Below are positions 1 to 13,300 of a DNA stretch of 64,000 bases, piece after piece (the stretch's first letter is position 1; the number at the start of each line of letters is the position of its first letter). This stretch comes from Owenia fusiformis (lineage: Eukaryota), in contig CAIIXF020000001.1 in NCBI GenBank assembly GCA_903813345.2, forward strand, positions 1,736,001-1,800,000, written 5' to 3'. The position numbers and the translations under genes are program-made. Under the pieces are notes generated by a model. It was not told the origin of the DNA and did no database searches. It was given only the letters and a program-made list of their open reading frames with translations.

Positions 1-1
1 A

Positions 2-2819
2 AGAAAAGAGGACCGGTTACAAAAAGTAGCAACAAATGATTCCGATAAAGAACAATCAATGCCTGCCCAAGCAGTCACTCATAATGGGCACAATGGCCAG
101 GCATCACCAGCGTCAAAGAAAGAGCGAAGTATGAATGGTGAACAACAACAAAATGATAAACTGTTCTATGGTAAGAAAGGCTAAGGCACCGATGTCATAA
201 TCCTATATAATTAGACTATTAGATACCATGATTAATGCACATGAACAAATAGAAATGTGGGTGCCTCATAAGGTCTTAGAACTTACTGGTTAATACATGT
301 TATTTTAAAACCAGATTAGACAACTAGAGCAGTTATACTATTTCATATACATCTTGAATAAGTTGGCCTCCATTATAACTGAATGACTGAGCCTCTAAGA
401 CTGCATCACTTACAGTATGTCACTCAACCTTGTTCATATTTATTGCCTTATTTATTTATTTATTATTGTATTTAATATTGTATACTAAATCTCTTAAATG
501 TTGTACTTGTAGGTGTTGCATTTGGCCGTACGACCAATCAGCCACCACCTCATCATCATCAACGTCGTCCTAGCTCTGGGTTGCCACGACAACGAAGTCT
601 TGAGAACATCAACGCAACTAATAATTTACAAAATGTAAGTTTTCCAAATCACTGCTTCAAACTCATGCTGAAACTGTAATTAAGAAACCAAGCAAGACTA
701 AATTCAAGAGAGCTTTAATAATTATGATAATCTTCATTTTAGACCAAAGATGAACAGGTGAGTATTTAATAAGCTTTTAGTTCTTCAGAAGGAATTATTT
801 ATAATCACTAGACATATTGTTCTTTTCAACATTCCCTTGTAAATTGCATGGTGTATTTGTTTTGTCTATACTGATTCATCCATATTTTACAATGTTAATA
901 CTAGATTTCATGTAGTTTTGAGTGAATGTCTACATTAATTTAGATTTTATTTAGATCTCAATGCACTATGCCATTGTACAATCCTATTGCCCTTTGTCAT
1001 TATACTGTTTTACTGTACTTCACCACTTGTCAATTCACTGTTTATTGTACTTCATTACTGTACATTGCCACCATATTTGTCTATGTGCTTTGTCAATTTA
1101 CTGTGTCACTGTACTTTGCCGCTGTATGACTTTGTCAATTTACTGTGTCACTGTACTTTGCCGCTGTATGACTTTGTCAATTTACTGTGTCACTGTACTT
1201 TGCCACTGTATGATCTCACTGTACTTTGCTACTGTATGATGTCACTGTACTTTGCCACTGTACTATGTCACTGAACTTTGTCAATGTACTTTGCTACTGT
1301 ACTATGTCACTGTACTTTGCTACTGTACTATGTCTCTCTACTTTGTCAATGTACTTTGCTGCTGTACTATGTCACTGTACTTTGTCAATGTACTTTGCTA
1401 CTGTAATATGTCACTGTACTTTGTCAATATATTTTGCCACTGTACTATGTCACTGTACTTTGTCAATGCACTGTCTACTATTATAGTGTGTAACTAAAAC
1501 TTAGACTTAGGTTTAGAATGCACTGAATAGTTTTGTATCAAATCCTTGTATATCCCCTCTTCTTAAAAACAAACTTGATAAGAAGAGACGGGATCAGCAA
1601 TTTGGTATGCAAGACTATAACTAGCATGTGCACTGTGTGTTTGTTTCTTAGTTACCACCAGTGAGAAGACGTCCTCCATTTGCTACCAATGGTTACTACC
1701 CAGGAGTACCAGAGGCTAGTATCTTCTATCTAACTTATACTTTATTTCATGTAGTACACTGTAGTATCTTTTTGATATATATATAGTTCACTTATCACTT
1801 TTTTATTTACTAAACCAGTGTGCATAACTACTAATAATCAACTAATAGGAAGTCTTTTTTCATTGATTGTTTCAAATGCTTGTTGCCCAGATACAGTGTT
1901 TCTTTGCATGCTCCATTCCTCTCAGTGTGCATATAATGATGCCAGAAATGATAACTGAGAAAATACTCCTTTTTTCATGAAACATGATCAGCTGTTTGAT
2001 AGTATCCCTTTCGAGAGCTGATTAACCTTTGTATGTCCTTCTTCAATTTCAAGGCAGCCATTTTGAATTTTTGATATTTCCTGTCTCTGGATTCAAGGAA
2101 AACCAAGTATAAATTATTTTTGTTATTCCTTCAGATATTTGACTGTTAATTTTGGCTTTAATCTACTCTGTCTAACACTCTTGATAGTGTACTCTGAGAT
2201 TAACATACTTGATCAATTTTACTTAAATAACCAGTCATAGTTTTCATCACATTTAAAACCATATTTTGATTCATTTCACTATTTAGGGTTCCCCTAGTAG
2301 TAATAGTGCCCGTCAGCGTCGCCAGGCATCTGCACCCATAGCAGGACGTCATGCCAGGACCTCTTCCTCGTCTGGGTTTGCAAAGCAGGCCAGCAATCCT
2401 GTCATCACACGTGATGTGAATAAAGGCTCTCTAGAAGTATCCAGCTCAAGAATCGTAAGTACACATGTACTTTATACAATATTTAGAATTCAATTTATTC
2501 AGAATTAAAGTTTCCAGAAAGGGCCTGGTATTTGGATTTTTATTCAGCTTTTGATGCTACATCTCAAAACATGTTTGATTGTTTAATTTCATTTTAAATA
2601 AACTTGTGTTTTCAGGTCCCAGGGCAAAGACCTGGATCTGCTAGCAAAGTCGAACGCAAACCAGCCTATGGTAAAAAACAGTTTGACAATACGCGTAATA
2701 ATCCATCCTCTGGAGCTGCTAAACAGTCACTGGGTAGTTACAGCCAAGCATACGGCACTGTGTCTTCAAACAAACTCAATCAACTTGTCGGTTCTACAAG
2801 CTCGTCACGCTGGAAGTAG
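2..2819 (+). CDS. MAPK15: 3' part of a MAPK15 (ERK7/8)-like kinase gene, C-terminal tail exons only (5' partial)
   Basis: Phase-consistent exons <2-170, 513-634, 743-757, 1652-1714, 2287-2454, 2616-2819 (stop TAG). The last exon reads ...AYGKKQF...[23 protein letters not shown]..., resembling the human MAPK15 C-terminus as I recall it (GRRMF...[23 protein letters not shown]). The kinase domain lies outside the window. Confidence 0.72.
1000..1475. repeat. Degenerate intronic minisatellite built from ~19-20-bp subunits (tgtcactgtactttg...)
   Basis: Repeated tgtcactgtactttgc/tgtcaatgtactttgc units. Explains the spurious Cys/Leu-rich ORFs at 961-1497. Confidence 0.9.
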
Positions 2820-3390
2820 GAGTGAAAAAAGTTCTGAAGTCTTATAGGATGTAGAACAAAGAAACTGTTATGCATCTATCATTCTATGGACAATATGCAT
2901 TCCAGATATTTTTGGAAGAAATGCATTGTAGAATTTATATGCAAACAGAGATGTGGTGCAAACATTGCATCAATGAATTAAACACACTCTTGATGATTCA
3001 ATGCATTTCTAAGGTAATGCAATGCAATTCAATGATGTCAATGCATTTTAAGAGGTTAATGCATTGAATGTATTTCACTGGTATGAGACATTCCAACATG
3101 GGACCGTATGACAGAGTTGATCCACTGTTATGAGGTATTTAGTATGAGAAATATTATGATATGGAATTTAGATTGCTTTTATAGGTGAAAACATGTACAT
3201 GTATGTATGGGGAGTATTAAGATTCAAGTGTATATTTGCAACATTCCATGTAGTCTTGGAAGAGGACATTTTCCCAGGTGCCTAAGTTTTTCTCATTGAT
3301 GTTGATATCTTATGGGAAGGTATATACATGTTTGTTAGATGACTTTATATGGCACAAGATAAGCAGTTTATATTTTAGGAACATGTTATA

Positions 3391-3818
3391 CAGGGAGAGC
3401 CAAAAAGTTTTTCAGTGGTCTGGTACCTTATCTAAACATTGCTTGTATTATTTGATAGTATATTGTGTAAAACAATTAAGGGAAAAACTGTAATATTCAA
3501 TTGTTTGATCAATTAGAAAATGGCATTAGTTTTTCTGAAATACGAACCTTCTTTGAGAAGAAGATTCGTGCCATAAATCAATCTCCAAAAGGGGCATTAT
3601 TTAAGAATATTGTTAATATTTTTTCAGCATTCGTACACTTATGAATTGAGAAGCAAGGGGCAAAATCTAGCCTATTGTTGAAATAAAAGCAATTAACAAA
3701 AATCAGTTTTTACACAATATGCCTTCTCTCATTTTGTATGTCTTTTTGGATTTTATATGTTGCAATGATTCTATAGAGTATGAGCCCCTCAAAAATGGAC
3801 ATATTTAGCCCCACCCTG
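3391..3818. mobile_element. Possible decayed Tc1/mariner-type MITE in the MAPK15 3' region
   Basis: TA-cagggagagccaaa... at the left end and ...tttagccccaccctg-TA at the right end form imperfect TIRs with TA flanks. Confidence 0.35.
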
Positions 3819-6581
3819 TATGACATATATCGGCCAGTAGTTATTTGTATACAAATACATGTAGGCCATTCTGGTATTAGTCATTGTTTTAGTATTTCAG
3901 AATGTGCCATGATATGGCAGTCTAATATTAATGAGAGTCTTCTACTGATCTCTTGATCCTACGTGACCTTATATAGTTTGTTATTTAACTTTTTGAATAT
4001 TTAAATATTGACATAATTATCTAACTTTCATCATAGAAATGTACATTTTGGGATCAGGTCAGAGCAGATTGTAAGTCAGATTTTAAAGGAATTCTTAGAA
4101 AATCTAAAGGTTAAATAATGAGCATTGTAAAGCCATGTAGGAACTGAAGAGTCATGAACAGATTTTTTACATCATGTTATGGTGAAAATATCATAGTCTA
4201 AGGAATTACCGTCCATCCTTTTTAAAAATATGATATGATTATTATATTATTAATATTTATTCAGATTTATCAAATGTTAAAATATGAATGATGTTCATCA
4301 TTTTATTATTATAAAATATCATTATCAACTTTAAACTTATTATGATACTAGTATCTAGTAATTTATAAAGATGACACGTCTGTACATTTTACAGTGATAT
4401 TTAATGTGTGTCATACTATTTAAATCACTTTGGGACATAATTGTAGTATAGTTGTTCACTCTGTTCATTATATTTAATCACAATTTGTCTTTTTGGAAAG
4501 ACTTCACGCTCATGCCACTGTATCTATAGTATATATAGAACAATATATATTTAATGATGGATATTCTGTCTGTCCGTCCACTTTAAACAAAATAATCCAC
4601 TGTCAATGTAGCTAGTTCTCACTTCACAATAATTTTTAGTGAACATCAAAAATGTCTATGATCGAATTTTTAAGAGAGGTATTCTACAAAGCCTACCAAA
4701 ACAGTGAAAGACAAAGATATTAGTTATAATACCAATGCTGTTAGTACTAATACTAATGTAGTAAGGTTTTAGTGATATATTTAGTATGGTCATACTAATA
4801 TATGTAGTAAGGTTTTAGTAATATATTTAGTATGGTCATACTAATTTATGTAGTCAGTTGTTCAAACTTATCAAAAAATGATTGTTTCAGTGTAAACATC
4901 TTGTACGATTTTCTATATTCAACATTTTGCAGTACCCATGATCTTATTTTATACAAAGATGTGATCTTATATACTTAGTATTTCAATGTATAGTTCGAGC
5001 CATTTGATAGGGTACTTTGTTTACATGTTACCAAGCAATGACAATTTAAAGATTTATCTATACATACAATTCGATATTTGTACCATATTCAGATACACAG
5101 ATGCACATGCCATGTAATTGATGATATTACACTTTTGAGTGCACTAGAATAACCTATAAAACTGAACGATCAAAGGACCATCTAAGTTGTTTACTTAGAG
5201 AAGTGTTCACATTTAGAGGTGTTTACAAACACATGTTTAACTGTACTGTACAATTATGTGTTTATGAATAAGGCCATGATAAATAATGTTTTTATCTCCA
5301 TGTTTCAGGTCGCCAGCCACATTTCACATGTTTTCCAGGCAGTATTTTTCTTGAAAATGGTTTCGCTCTTTTATGTCTGGAAATTATCCTTAAAATAGCA
5401 AAGCCTGTAGTACCCTAGCTGTGATAGTTTTCTATTAGGCCTATCCATGGGTACATTATTGTTCTGTTGTTTTTTAATTGTTGATATTTATGTCATCCTC
5501 TGGGTGAGCAGAAACACATCACTTATTATTCCATGTTTGTTACTTGAAAGCATTGCCTTAGTTCAATCGGTATACAATATAATGCCTGTTTTTAGTTTCT
5601 TTAAGAACAGCCATCATGGAGTTAACATACTGTATATGTAGGATGTCAATAAAGTCTTTTTTCAATTCCAAAGCAAAGTCTTTAAAGTGGAAAGAGACTT
5701 TATGGATAAGTCTTTGAAATCAAGATAGGATATGACCTTATTCAGTCAGCACTATAATATGTGTATGTGCGTTTCACATCACTTCATCACTGACTGTCTC
5801 TGAAGCACAACTTTCAATTCATACATTTATCTTTATTATGTAGTATTTAGATTTTAAGTCCATAGTTTTAGTCAAATTATGTTATTTCAAATTTTCCCAA
5901 TTGGTTTTAGAATGCTTATATAGATTACATAATTGTACATATTAAATATTTACAGTGAGTTGATATATGCAAAGATTTTACATGTTGACTGAGAATGTGG
6001 ATGTGAAAGTGAAATAAATACAAAATGGATGGAAATCAGAAAAATATTTTAGTGTATTGTATATTTATTTACTCATCTTCGTTTACTCGGCTCCCGTTGC
6101 AGTGAAAACAGAGCTTGTTAAGATAGTATTTGCTATCATAAGAAGTGTTTTAAGTGTATTTAATCACACAAATATAATATTTTTATGAATTTTGGAAAAC
6201 AGAACTTGGTAAGTTTGAAGAAAAATTCTGTGGTATGTAGTATTGTTTAGTGCTATGTAGTTTTCTGACAGTATTGTTTGGAAAGTAGACACAAAATAAG
6301 TGCAGCATTAACAATTGTGTTGATAGGATTTACATTAGAAGTTGATTCATATATCCACGGGTATATCCAGTAGTATATCACATATATGAACAATACTTGA
6401 AGAATTGTAAAGAGAGTTTGAACACAAAGGTGGACTCATATTTTTTAGGCCACTCTGGAAATCGTTTTCTTTAAAAGTCTAATATTGAAGATTTTTTACC
6501 AAAATGTATGTTATTCCAAAGGAGTCATTGGCCGAAAGTATAACCAACCTTCTCAAATCCTTAAATGAGATTAACATATTA

Positions 6582-6821
6582 GAATAGACCTTCCAACAAA
6601 CCCTGCCACCTTTTGATTATCAAAGAAACAATGATATATTGGCTAGATTGATGATGCCATCGGTTGTAGCCAATTTGTACGTAGTGGTCTGTCCAAAAAA
6701 GGATTAAGTTATTGCTAATTTGGAAAAAGTACAACACATGACAACAATAATCTTGCCGATATATCATAGTTTATTAGATGATGTACTGAAAGGTGGCAGG
6801 GCCTATTGGAAAGGTCTATTC
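6582..6821. mobile_element. MITE-like element with ~32-bp imperfect terminal inverted repeats
   Basis: gaatagaccttccaacaaaccctgccaccttt ... aaaggtggcagggcctattggaaaggtctattc. Confidence 0.7.
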
Positions 6822-7338
6822 AGCAGCATTACAAAAGAAAGTCTGCAACTAGCAGTAGCACATTATGGTACACGTGAGGGTATATGTAAGCGATGTTATT
6901 GATTTATTCAGGCAGGGTTTACCCAATGAGGCTTCAGTATTCCTGAAAAGAAATAATTATATGGTAAGCCTATTGATATTATCCTTTGTGAAGTAATGAA
7001 TTCAATAATAGGAGATCAATTTATAAGCCTTGAAGTGTGTTCTGCAATGTGGATATCCGAGTACCCATATACAGTAAACACTGGCAATTGTTACTTGTAT
7101 AGCCACTATAGCCAAGCGTGAAACAGCTAAAAAATAGATAAAAACTGCTAATAAAGCCTACCAATCAAGTATTCACGGTTACTATTGATTAAGCGAGGTG
7201 AACTATTAGGACGTAAGCAAACTGTCGATAATAAGAGATGTTATAAAACTGTATATTTTTAAGCTCAGAGAAGGAAGTAATTGTAAAAGAACCATACAAG
7301 TTTATGTAAATGGATTTGACTTGAAAACAAATTAGAAG

Positions 7339-10300
7339 ATGTCAAGTTTGGATGCTAGTAAAAGCATGGAGGCCACTAAGCCATCATGTCTTCAGAGACT
7401 AAGTGGGGCCATAATAGGAGGAATGGAGAACATCTTTTACAAGTAAATATACTGTTCAATAACAATTAGGCAAAGATATTAGTGCATATTAGTGTTGTAA
7501 GAAAATCAGAGAAATGTTCTTAGCACTAGAAATCATTAGATATTAGTGTACATGTAAATGAATAACTATTTTTATTTGTGTTCATTGAATTTTTAAATAA
7601 ATCAATCTGTTGTCTAATTGATAAAAAGTAAAATTTAAGAAAAGGGAAAAAAATTGTAAAGGTAATGTCTCTGTGTAGATTTGTTGATTAAATATTAATG
7701 ATTGTTATTATGAAACTGGGTTAAGGTAGTTCTGCATTGCATAAGCATTTTATGTAATTTTCATAATTGCCTTAAGTCAAGACTAGATCATGATCTAAAA
7801 TACCAGCATCGAACGCTATATATTAAAGCTCTAAATCATTTACATGTACTCAGTCATGCTATTCAGCTATCAACTTTCATATAAATAGCACATATAACTA
7901 ATATGTTACCTGTCAACTCTGAAATCCCATACAGTGATTTTCTAATCCATTCTATATCCCACTAGATGATTCCTCATAATGTGTCGATTAATCCTTTCAC
8001 ACATGCAATATTTCAGACTAGGACTTAAGATAGGTCATTACCCTGTGCCAACTCTTCTAATCTGTATGCTCGTCACATTGCTGTGTGGGGTAGGAATGAT
8101 CAAATTCTACCAAGAAAGTGCCCAGGAGAATCTCTGGGTCCCTATTGGCTCCGAAGCACTTGTGCACAAAGCTTGGGTAGATGAGCGCTTCCCGTCAAAG
8201 TTCAGATTTGAGTCAGCGTTGATTGAACATAGCAATGTTCTCACCCCAGCAGTATTACAGGGGGTGAGTACAATTTTAAATATTATAATAATATCATTTT
8301 TTTACTTATTTTTATTAATTGTTTTATTTACATTATTATATTTCATGTTATTTTCTGTATTAATTTATCACTGCATGGTATGTTATGAACATTAATTGCA
8401 TGGTTATAATGTTCAAATTATGGAAGTATTTAAAAGTTTGTATTTGAGAATGAGAAAACTGAAAACAACTCAGAACACATGAAATATTTATTTGTTATAT
8501 CCTTGCATGTTATTGTGCAAATCCATTCACTTGCTTTACAATCACATTCTTATTGTGTTTTCCCAGATGCTGGTACTTGACAAGGCAGTCAAGGCGATCA
8601 ATGGCACTGTTAAGGGAGTTGAATACGATTGGAATTCTGTATGTGTGAGGTAAACACATCTTTGACATATCTTATTTTTCTCTTTTACAAAAGTAAAAAG
8701 TAAAATGTGCACTGAGAGATTGCCATACCTTATGTACAGGGTGATCCAGAAGTAACGTCAAAGACATTGTAATTTCAAAAGTATTCATCAGATCTTCATG
8801 AAATTTGGTATACATGTACCCACAACATTTCTGAGTTACCATCTCAAAGATTGGAATTCAATCATTTCATTGGTTGAAATTATGGTTGCTATAGTAACCC
8901 GATATCGCGTAACCCGGGGCAAATTGAAGAGAAACCATAACGTTTTTGTGAATTTCTCTAATTTAAAAAGTCAGTAACATTTGAAAATGTTCATTGTTTG
9001 TTTTCTATGATTTTTATATTTGTTGCCATGGTAACAAATATGTAATAGTTGTGATGTCACAATAGGCATTCATAAAAAGCTTTCAATTTCTTTGAATTGC
9101 TTCCATCATCCATGACAAATACTAACATGACCAAGGACACTAACCCACCCAATTCAAGATGGCGCCAAGTCAGAGTAAAATAGAGCAAAGAACAAACATT
9201 AAGTTCTGTGTAAAGTTGGGGAAAGGTGTAAAAGAGACTATAAGACAGATAAAGAAGGCATATGGTAAAGCTGCCATTGCTGAGAGAAACATTTACAGGT
9301 GGTTTAACAAGTATTCCAGTGGATATGATGAAGTGGTAGACAAGCAGCGAGGAGGCAGGCCAGTGTCGTCATTCGATGATCAAACCATCAAAGCAATTGA
9401 AGCTGATGTTATGGACAATAGGCAAATTTCTATCAGAGAATTGGCTGAAAAACACGATCTGAGCTATGGGACTGTGCAACGGATACTGACAAAGAACTGT
9501 CTGTTAAAGAAGGTGTCTGCTAAATGGGTGCCGCATGACTTGACACAGGAGCAGAAAGACCGGCGTGTTAAGGCTTCAAGGGACTTTCTTGCAAAATATC
9601 GGAGAGATGGAGATGACTTTCTTAACAAGATCATTACGAGTGACGAATCATTGCTATCATTCTACATCCCAGAGACCACGCAACAAAGTTCATCGTGGAA
9701 ACATGACAACTCCCCAACACCAACCAAGCCTAAAATAGTACCAAGAATTCCACAAAAGAAACAAATGGTTGTGACATTCTTTGACATTAAAGGAATGGTG
9801 TTAACCCATTTTGTTCCCATTGGCCAGAGAATTAATGCCGTTTACATTGCAAAGGTAAGATATCATTTGTTCTAATAATACATCATACTGTGAATTTTAT
9901 TTTTAAATTAAAGTATTTAAATGTTGTTCACTGTCAATATAATTATAACTCCATGGCCATGATTCAAATCCAAATCCAATCAATGAAACAACTGGTTTAA
10001 CAACCATTAAACATTTGTTTTTAAGGTTCTGAAGCGTGATCTTCAACGTTCCCTGAGGAAAAAGCGTCCCGGACATCTGCAGCAGTTTATCTTGCATTGG
10101 GACAATGCCCCTACGCACACTGCAATCCTGACCAGCAACACAGTCCAAACACTTGGATTTCAACAACTTGAACATGCCCCTTATTCACCTGATCTTGCCC
10201 CCAGTGACTTTTATTTGTATGGGGAACTAAAAAGAAACCTTAGTGGAAATAATTTTCAATCCTGTGAGGAATTGAAAAATGCCGTAGTACTAGCCCTACA

Positions 10301-13300
10301 AGGAATGAGTTCTAATGGATTTAATTCTGTGTTCAAGGAATGGGTATCCAGACATGAGAAATGTGTTGCAAATGGTGGCAATTATGTAGAATGAACTATT
10401 ATTAGTAACTGTGCAATAGTATGATTTATATTGTTGTGAAATAAAATGTTGAGGATATAACAATTTCAGATCTTGTTGATATTTTGAGATTACGCATTAC
10501 ACGTTAAGTAATTTGCCCCGGGTTACGCGATATCGGGTTACTATAGCAACCATAATTTCAACCAATGAAATGATTGAATTCCAATCTTTGAGATGGTAAC
10601 TCAGAAATGTTGTGGGTACATGTATACCAAATTTCATGAAGATCTGATGAATACTTTTGAAATTACAACATCTTTGACGTTACTTCTGGATCACCCTGTA
10701 TAATGTTGCTTTTGTCACAATAACAGCTTTGTTCAGTTGTGTACTTGTAACATATTTAGTTGTTCTCAAGTGATAATTCTCCCCATGTATGACTCTGTGA
10801 TCCTGATTGAGTAGTCTGTGCACAATAACCAAAATGACATCTTTTCATTTAATGATGTTTGTACAGCAAGTGAAGCTGTTCAATATTGCTAATGGTATGT
10901 ACTCAAGATCAACACAACTATTGCATGTCATACTCATGATTTTGATATTACAATTGAATATTAACAATATATCCATTGATATTATTTCCAGACTTGGCCC
11001 TGAGTGTTGGTCCAATAGTCTGTTGGAATTGTGGTCCTTTGACGAGACTGTCATCAACAGCTTGACTACCGAGGACATTATACTCAAGATCAACACAGTC
11101 ACTCAAAGGTATGATATATTATACTCAAGATCAACACAATTACTCAAAGGTATTTTATGTCATACTCAAAATCAACACAGTCACTCAAAGGTATTTCATA
11201 TTATGCTCAAAATCAACATAGTCACTCAAAATATTTTACTCAAGATCAACACATCCACTCAAAGATATTTCAAATTTTGCTCAATAATGATATAGAATAA
11301 ACATTTTTGATCCCTTGTTGTGAATTTACAGAAAAAATTAGTTATTTTTTCTATTACTCATGTCTATGTAAATGTAACTATAATACAGAGTTTTTTCTGT
11401 TTTCCAGCCCTGTATATTTCACAGATTATGATGTTGAGAAAGTGTTAGGTGAGATCGCCAGGAACTCTAGTGGGTCTATAACAGGTGCAGGGGCCACTAC
11501 AATGGCATATGCCCTGCAAGACAACACCACCCAGCTGGATGATGGCAGCACTGTAAGTACACATTGTAAAAGTCCAGTTAAACAGCTCCAATGTCATTGA
11601 CCAAAAGTATCTAATTGGGTCAGTGACAACTGTAATATTATAAGTAGTCAATCATATTGAAAGGTATAAGTTGTGTTGTGCTAGATTATAGTATTAGGCA
11701 TCAAGATTTGCTTGAACTCTTGTGGTTTATTCTATCAATCTTAATGCTATGTTTACTGTAAGCCCTTGTAGTACTTTCCAAAGGCATACATACATCTAAT
11801 ATTGATTATTTATAAGATGTTGGCTGTCTCATATTATAGGGGATCATATTTAATTCAGACTTTTTACTGACCAATATTTTATTTCACATATTAAAAATCA
11901 AGAGATCATTCTTTATTCGTATTCTTTAAAAGAAAATCTGTTTCATTTTTTAGGAAGATCCAGTTCGAGAGGACTGGGAGTCCAGTTATTTGAAGATCAT
12001 GGGTGCTGGAAATTCAAACATCAGCACAGTCTACTATTTTGCAGGCAGAACGTGAGTTGGAATCAATTTGTATTGTTACGAATAAGGGCATGTCCATGTA
12101 CTGTAAAACATATTAATATTCATGTTATCAATCACATGTTATATATTATTTTAGTGTAAATTCATTATTTCCTGATTTGTAATTTTTAAATGTCACAAAT
12201 AAAATTCATGAATTCACTGTAACACAGATTTCTGGATTTGTCAGATATGAACTCCACTTAACTCAAAGTATTTTCATGTTATATGTTATGAAAACAAACA
12301 TATCTTACATGCACAAAGACTGTTCTATATCCAGTTATGATAATTGCTTATAGACTCATTATTGGTACAATGTACATGGTTCTGTATATTCATGTGAAGT
12401 CTCAATAATTCAGTCTTTCCACCTCACCTGTGTCCTAGCTGTTTGTGTTAAACATGTTTTGAATATTTTGATAATAAAAACCTTTAAACCTAAACCTTTT
12501 GTGTATTACAGATTTTCTGATGAGGGTGGTGGAGCTATTTTGGGAGATTCCATATTTCTGACAGTTGGCTACTTTATCGTTATCATCTTTGTAGCAGTTG
12601 TGTTGGGAAAGTTTAATGCTCTTGAACAAAGGGTATGTATATACATGTATAGGCCAAGATAAATATGCAATATATTATGTGCCAAACCTTCAAATCCATG
12701 ACAAGAAACAAGCAAATGCAAATGATTTTTGTTTAAATGACTGTGACGAGCATATACGGACTCTATCTATCTGGAAATCCAGTGGTGTTGAGTAATTGAA
12801 TCAAATCAACTTCATTCAACAATTCTCATTTTAGGCATATCAGAAGATCCTCTTGCCTTGTCAAGCTTTTCTTTGAAGGATTTGCTATGTTATGTATGAA
12901 GAATGAATAAATGAATTAAAAAAAAATATTGCTAATATTATATATCTATTAATAATATTTATGTGATTTATTCAACAATTTGGTTTGTGTCAAAATATTG
13001 ATATTTTTTTATATCATTAAGATGAGAGATGTAAAGATGGGCATCATCCAATTAAAGTTGCATTTGTATTGACATAACCTCTCTATCATTGTTTAATGGA
13101 CCATGGCTTAGTACTTCAGGTGTGGCTTATCTTAAATCAAAAATAACAATGATCTTAATTATATATTATGTCTTTTAGGTTTATGTGACACTTGGAGGAA
13201 TAATATGTGTAGGATTCTCTATTGTGATTTCATTTGGCCTGGCATCAGCATTTGGTCTCAGCTATGGACCAGTTCACTCCCTTCTCCCTTTCCTGTTACT

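Noticed and set aside
961-1497. Four overlapping Cys-rich ORFs
   Set aside because: They come from a low-complexity tandem repeat within a MAPK15 intron.
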